Origin: Terriglobales bacterium | Lineage (GTDB): Bacteria > Acidobacteriota > Terriglobia > Terriglobales > Acidobacteriaceae | Length of the DNA: 63,758 nt | Reading direction: 5' to 3' | Assembly: GCA_051986135.1 (NCBI GenBank) | Contig: JBPYDQ010000002.1 | Location: forward strand, 1-63,758 | Part shown: positions 59,331-63,758 of the stretch, piece by piece | How the letters are laid out: the number at the start of each line of letters is the position of its first letter | Numbering within the stretch: position 1 is the first letter of the stretch | Notes under the pieces: generated by a model | Databases searched by the model: none | Seen by the model: the letters and a program-made list of their open reading frames with translations, nothing else | What the model was told of the DNA's origin: nothing | Program-made: the position numbers and the translations under genes

Positions 59331-60353
59331 ATGGCTGACTTCGCCATCGGAGTGGATCTCGGCGGCACTAACCTCCGCATTGCGGCAGTCGACGACGAGG
59401 GCCGCCTCATCGAAAAAGTAACGCTTGGCACTAAGGTAGCGCTGGGCCGGGACCGCGTCCTCGACAGCATGTGCGACGCCATCCGCCACCTTGCCGACAA
59501 GTATCACAATGGTTCGAATTTGCTCGGCATCGGCATCGGCGTGCCCGGCATTATCGACATGGATACGGGCATGATTCGCGAGGCACCGAATTTGCCCGGC
59601 TGGTCAGATAGCCCGGTGCGTTTGGAGATTGAACGCCGCTTGGGAACGCGGGTCATTCTAGAAAACGATGCCAATGCCGCCGCCTTTGGAGAGAAGTGGT
59701 TGGGAGCGGCTCGTGACGTCGAAGATATGGCGATGATCACACTCGGAACCGGTGTGGGCGGCAGTATCGTGCTGAATGGCCGTATATGGCATGGCATGAA
59801 CGGAATGGCCGGAGAATTCGGCCATACCACCATTGAGCCCGAGGGTGTTTGTTGCGGATGCGGTAATCGCGGGTGCGTCGAACAATATGCTTCCGCTTCC
59901 GCCGTCATGCGCATGGCGAAAGAGATGATCGCTGCCGGCCACGCGCCGGCCTTGGCCAAGGCGGCCAGTTCCGATCGGGAATTCAGTGCCAAGGCCGTTT
60001 ACAATCTAGCCAGCCAGGGAGATGAGGACGCCCGCCGCATATTCCGGCAAGTCGGACGCGCGCTGGGAATTCTCATTGCCAATCTTGTGAACTCGCTGAA
60101 TCTTCCCATGTACGTGGTGGGAGGTGGGGTGTCCAGCGCGTGGGAGGCGTTCTCTCCTTCGGCGTTGGAAGAACTCGGGCAGCGCTGCCTGGTGTATGCC
60201 GCCACCCGACCGCCGGGCCTGGCTGGCGATCAGGGCGCCTCCGCCCAGGTGGAAGCAAAAGTAAGCCGGCACACGATCGTCACACGTGCCTTGCTGGGCA
60301 GCGACGCCGGCCTATTCGGCGCTGCCAGATTGCCCATGGTGGAAAAACCGTAA
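59331..60353 (+). CDS. ROK-family sugar kinase (glucokinase-like)
   Basis: IGVDLGGTNLRIAAVD, ENDANAAAFGE and the ROK zinc motif GHTTIEPEGVCCGCGNRGCVE. Confidence 0.85.
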   Translation: MADFAIGVDLGGTNLRIAAVDDEGRLIEKVTLGTKVALGRDRVLDSMCDAIRHLADKYHNGSNLLGIGIGVPGIIDMDTGMIREAPNLPGWSDSPVRLEIERRLGTRVILENDANAAAFGEKWLGAARDVEDMAMITLGTGVGGSIVLNGRIWHGMNGMAGEFGHTTIEPEGVCCGCGNRGCVEQYASASAVMRMAKEMIAAGHAPALAKAASSDREFSAKAVYNLASQGDEDARRIFRQVGRALGILIANLVNSLNLPMYVVGGGVSSAWEAFSPSALEELGQRCLVYAATRPPGLAGDQGASAQVEAKVSRHTIVTRALLGSDAGLFGAARLPMVEKP

Positions 60354-60412
60354 CCACTAGGGAACAACTATCAAATTACCGAATAACGAATCTCAAGATT
60401 GGCATTCTTCGC

Positions 60413-61426
60413 CTAAGAGGTTCTCACTTTCTTCAAAGCTCGCAGGAATGTCTGGTTCTGTTCTGGCGTCCCAATGGTCACGCGGATTGCCTTCGGTGCT
60501 CCCCAGAGGCTGAGTGGGCGAATGAGTATACCCTCCTTGGTCATTCGGGTTGAGAACTCTTCCGCGGCTTCTCGGATATCGCAGTAGACAAAGTTTCCCC
60601 AAGTCGAAACCGGGCAGTAGCCCAGGTTAGACAACTCCTGCCTCAGCCACTTGGCTCCCGTGGCGTTGTTTGTGACTGCCTCCTGAATGTGTGCCTGGTC
60701 CTCCAGAGCGGCAAGCGCTCCCGCCTGCGCTGCCCTGGATATCGAGTAGGTTGACCGCATCTCGGCGAAGCGCCCCAGCAGGTCGGAAGGCCCAAGTGCA
60801 TAACCGATCCGCATGCCGGCAAGGCCGTATGCCTTGGAAAACGTTCGCAGTACGACGACACTGCGCCCCTCGCGAACGTAGTCGAGTGAATTGGAGTAGT
60901 CAACACTTCGTTCCTCGGCAAAGTCCTGGGCATACTCGTAGTACGCCTCGTCCAGGACGGCCGTCACATTCCGAGGAATTTGTGCGAGAAACCTATCGGT
61001 GGCATCGGCATCGAAGGCAGTGCCTGTGGGGTTGTTCGGATTCGCCAGAAAGATGATCCGGGTTGCGGGATTGATCGCGGATACGACAGCATCCAAATCG
61101 AAAGCGTCGTTCACCATCGGGACTTGAATGAGGTTCGCGTCCGCGGCGCGGGTCGCCATCGAATATACGATGAAAGAGCGCTCGCTGGTGATCGCGTTGA
61201 GCCCCGGCGCAACCAGGGTGCGGGCGATAATGCCGATTAAATCAGTCGAGCCCCCGCCGATGAGCACCTGGTCCGGACGCAGGGCGTGGCGATCCGCCAA
61301 CCTCTCCCGCAGTTCCGAGGCATCGCTGTCGGGGTAGAGGTGACACTCTCTGAGAGCTCGTTGCATGGCCGCAAGCGCTTTCGGCGAAGGACCTAACGGG
61401 TTCTCATTGGAGGCCAGCTGGATCAA
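60413..61426 (-). CDS. hisC: Histidinol-phosphate aminotransferase (short N-terminus)
   Basis: LASNENPLGPSP, LANPNNPTG and RTFSKAYGLAGMRIGY (PLP Lys) motifs. TTG start. The frame upstream is open for 29 codons but holds no canonical start. Confidence 0.85.
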   Translation of the reverse strand: MIQLASNENPLGPSPKALAAMQRALRECHLYPDSDASELRERLADRHALRPDQVLIGGGSTDLIGIIARTLVAPGLNAITSERSFIVYSMATRAADANLIQVPMVNDAFDLDAVVSAINPATRIIFLANPNNPTGTAFDADATDRFLAQIPRNVTAVLDEAYYEYAQDFAEERSVDYSNSLDYVREGRSVVVLRTFSKAYGLAGMRIGYALGPSDLLGRFAEMRSTYSISRAAQAGALAALEDQAHIQEAVTNNATGAKWLRQELSNLGYCPVSTWGNFVYCDIREAAEEFSTRMTKEGILIRPLSLWGAPKAIRVTIGTPEQNQTFLRALKKVRTS

Positions 61427-61481
61427 CGTACGTCCTTGTGCGCTTTTGGCACGATATTTCGAAACCCGGTTTTGAACTCGT

Positions 61482-62237
61482 TCAGGCTGACAATCTGGGC
61501 GATTTAAGCGCTCTTAGACGGCTGACTTCTTGCGGGGTCAGTTGTCGGTAGCGTCCCGGAGGTAGGTCCAATTGCAGTGGTCCGTAGCGTATCCGCCTGA
61601 TCTTCTCCACCTGATGGCCGACTTGGGCGAACATGCGCCGGATCTGCCGATTTCTGCCCTCAATCAGCGTGATCTCGTACCAGGGATTGGTCGCTTCTCG
61701 AACGATCCGGATCTTTGCCGGGGCCGTCTTCACTCTCCGCCCTTCGTCTGTCTCGATCGAAACACCGCTACGTAGTTTCCTGAGAGCTTCTTCGCTGGGC
61801 TGTCCGCTGACTTTGACCAGGTAAGTCTTCGGGACATGCGATGCCGCTTTCATGAGTTGCTGGGCGAGATCGCCGTCATTGGTGAGCAGAAGCAGACCCT
61901 CGCTGGCGTAATCCAGCCGGCCGACCGGATACACGCGTGATTTAATCCCGCCCAGCAAGCTCATCACCGTCGGTCGGCCTTCCGGGTCGCTGACAGTGGT
62001 CACATATCCCTTCGGTTTGTTCAGTAGTACATAAATCCGCCGCTGTGGCCCGTGCAGCAGCCGGCCGTCGACGCGAATATGGTCGCGTTCTGGATCGGCC
62101 TTAGTCCCAAGTTCGGTCACGGTTCGGCCGTTGACGGCGACCCGGCCCGACGAGATCAGTTCCTCGGCCTTGCGCCGGGAAGCGATCCCCGCCGCCGCGA
62201 TAATCTTCTGTAAACGTCCAGCTGCCATGTCTCCCAA
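61482..62237 (-). CDS. rluB: RsuA/RluB-family rRNA pseudouridine synthase
   Basis: S4 domain (RLQKIIAAAGIASRRKAEELI) and the catalytic motif VGRLDYASEGLLLLTNDG. Confidence 0.88.
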   Translation of the reverse strand: MGDMAAGRLQKIIAAAGIASRRKAEELISSGRVAVNGRTVTELGTKADPERDHIRVDGRLLHGPQRRIYVLLNKPKGYVTTVSDPEGRPTVMSLLGGIKSRVYPVGRLDYASEGLLLLTNDGDLAQQLMKAASHVPKTYLVKVSGQPSEEALRKLRSGVSIETDEGRRVKTAPAKIRIVREATNPWYEITLIEGRNRQIRRMFAQVGHQVEKIRRIRYGPLQLDLPPGRYRQLTPQEVSRLRALKSPRLSA

Positions 62238-62624
62238 GAGCTTAGCAGAAGGCGGCTGGCGGCAGCTCCTCCCGGAAACATCGTGCAGGCGTGCTTACGT
62301 TCGTATCCTGAGCCAGCTTACTTCACGCTTCTCTGGGAACGGGTGTGAAATCGTTGAGACTTTGCCATGAAAACCTTCTCGCTGTGCCGCTTACATGGCG
62401 GGTAGTCACCCGTGCGGTTTCACAGACTGTCGAGACGATCGGTCAGGCGCCTGGTTCCGTGCGCATGTGCCCCCAACCGCCAAGGCGGTGAACTATGGCC
62501 TGGGCGGCGGGACAACCGTGGACTTAAAGGGAACGAGCCTCTCTGCCGCCGTAAAAGGCAGAGCCAGGAAAAGAGATCCGATCGGTGATCATCGGTCTAG
62601 TCAGGTGGTTTTTTCTCAGTCTAC

Positions 62625-63758
62625 CTAGCGCGCCTCCTGAGGGCCTGCCTGCAAATTTTGATCGAAAAACTCCGCCGCAGCTTCGTAAGCGCGAAGCCAA
62701 CTCCGGTGGAGCAGGAAGTCGTGGATCTCGTCCGGGAAAATCAACTCTTCAAAGTGGACTCCCTGTTTGCGCAACGCTTCCGCCAGCACTACGGTTTGGG
62801 AAAAGGGCACGTTCCTGTCATCGTCGCCATGAACCAGCAGTACCGGGGAGCGCCAATTCTGAATGGATGCCATAGGCGACGATTCCCACGCCAAGCGCGC
62901 AATTTCTGCGCTGCGGGCAGGATCATACGACGCAGACCAATTCTTCAATTCCTCGCTCCAGTCATGAACCCCGTGCATGTCGACGCCCGCAGCAAATAGA
63001 TCCGATGAGCGGGCCAGCCCCAAGGCAGTGAGATACCCTCCATAACTGCCGCCCCAGAGCCCAATGCGCCCTGCGACAACGTCATTTCGGGTGCGAAGAT
63101 ATAAACCTGCGCCCTCGACATCATTGAACTCACTCGCCCCGGCCGCGCCATAGTTCAAGGCTTCGCGAAACTCGAGGCCATACCCAATCCCACTGCGGTA
63201 ATTGACCGAGAGCACCACATAGCCGCGGCTGGCTAGATATTGGTTCATAGCGTAGGCGTTGCTGTAATACCCCATGTAATGCCATCCCAGAAGCATCTGC
63301 CTTTCCGAGCCGCCGTGGAAGAAAACCACCGCTGGATACCGTTTCGCTCCGCCAGTCGTGGCAGGCAAGAACAGTTGACCGTGAATCACCATCCCGTCTG
63401 CTGCCGGGAAGACGACTGGTTGTGGTGCGATCATCTGAGCCGCGGGAAAATCAGAGGGCAAAACAGGGGCCGCGAGATCCTCGAGGTGGTTTGCCGTACT
63501 TAACAAAGCGGGATGCATCGGCAGTCGAGCGTCGGACCGGAGCACCGCGACAAGGGTTCCGTCGCTACTGGGGATAGCTTGGGTTTCTATCCCGTTGCCC
63601 TTGGTCATCTGACTGGGAGAGCCGCCTGCCACGCCGACCCTCCAGATGTGTCGCCGGTCGATATCATCCTGATTCGACGAATACACGACAAATTGCAGGT
63701 CGGGACTGAGCGACACGTCTTCGACTTCGAATGAGCCGGGAGTCAGCAGGACCGGCGT
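62625..63758 (-). CDS. S9-family serine peptidase (prolyl oligopeptidase/acylaminoacyl peptidase-like), 5' end outside window
   Basis: GLWGGSYGGYLT nucleophile elbow, a VLLVHGDDDRNVP Asp region and a DEIHDF His. The reading frame is still open at the window edge. Confidence 0.85.
   Translation of the reverse strand, partial: TPVLLTPGSFEVEDVSLSPDLQFVVYSSNQDDIDRRHIWRVGVAGGSPSQMTKGNGIETQAIPSSDGTLVAVLRSDARLPMHPALLSTANHLEDLAAPVLPSDFPAAQMIAPQPVVFPAADGMVIHGQLFLPATTGGAKRYPAVVFFHGGSERQMLLGWHYMGYYSNAYAMNQYLASRGYVVLSVNYRSGIGYGLEFREALNYGAAGASEFNDVEGAGLYLRTRNDVVAGRIGLWGGSYGGYLTALGLARSSDLFAAGVDMHGVHDWSEELKNWSASYDPARSAEIARLAWESSPMASIQNWRSPVLLVHGDDDRNVPFSQTVVLAEALRKQGVHFEELIFPDEIHDFLLHRSWLRAYEAAAEFFDQNLQAGPQEAR

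Noticed and set aside
61427-61513. Possible N-terminal extension of hisC, since most HisC proteins have about 25 more residues before LASNENP.
   Set aside because: The frame is open for 29 codons upstream but contains no ATG/GTG/TTG, and it overlaps the rluB 3' end. Short-N-terminus HisC-like aminotransferases exist, so I kept the TTG start.

Overview
This 63.8-kb window looks like a GC-rich bacterial chromosome segment. Motif content (HAF-repeat protein, DUF3300/DUF3604 proteins, gene order) suggests Acidobacteriota, but that is inference only. It is dominated by housekeeping genes, most on the minus strand:
- sthA, priA, holB-tmk
- the ffh ... rpsP-KH-rimM-trmD-rplS-rnhB translation cluster
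- dnaK/dnaJ/hspR, glmS, purS
- thiolase, rlmB, trpD, sucCD-ndk, purA, mutM, hisC, rluB

I recognised no rRNA, tRNA or CRISPR array by eye. The one clear RNA element is a fluoride (crcB-motif) riboswitch in front of crcB-DUF190.

I did not find a convincing multi-gene novel system. The points most worth a second look are:
1. A low-coding-density accessory patch at about 39.7-43.9 kb, holding an integrase 3' remnant, a HAF-repeat secreted protein and a LytTR response regulator with no kinase in the window.
2. An unannotated 58-codon ORF with flanking palindromes between dnaK and dnaJ, where grpE would often sit. hspR lies downstream, after an inserted APC permease.
3. rimM, whose conserved N-terminal domain lies upstream of any canonical start codon. 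An ATA overlaps the upstream TAG stop.
4. A perfect 15-bp in-frame tandem duplication of the catalytic ESNF motif in a lytic transglycosylase.
5. Four independently decayed genes: DUF3300, an IS5-like transposase, an integrase and a DtxR-like regulator.
6. An Hfq-like Sm protein with a long basic N-terminal extension.

All family assignments come from motif recognition by eye. No searches were run.
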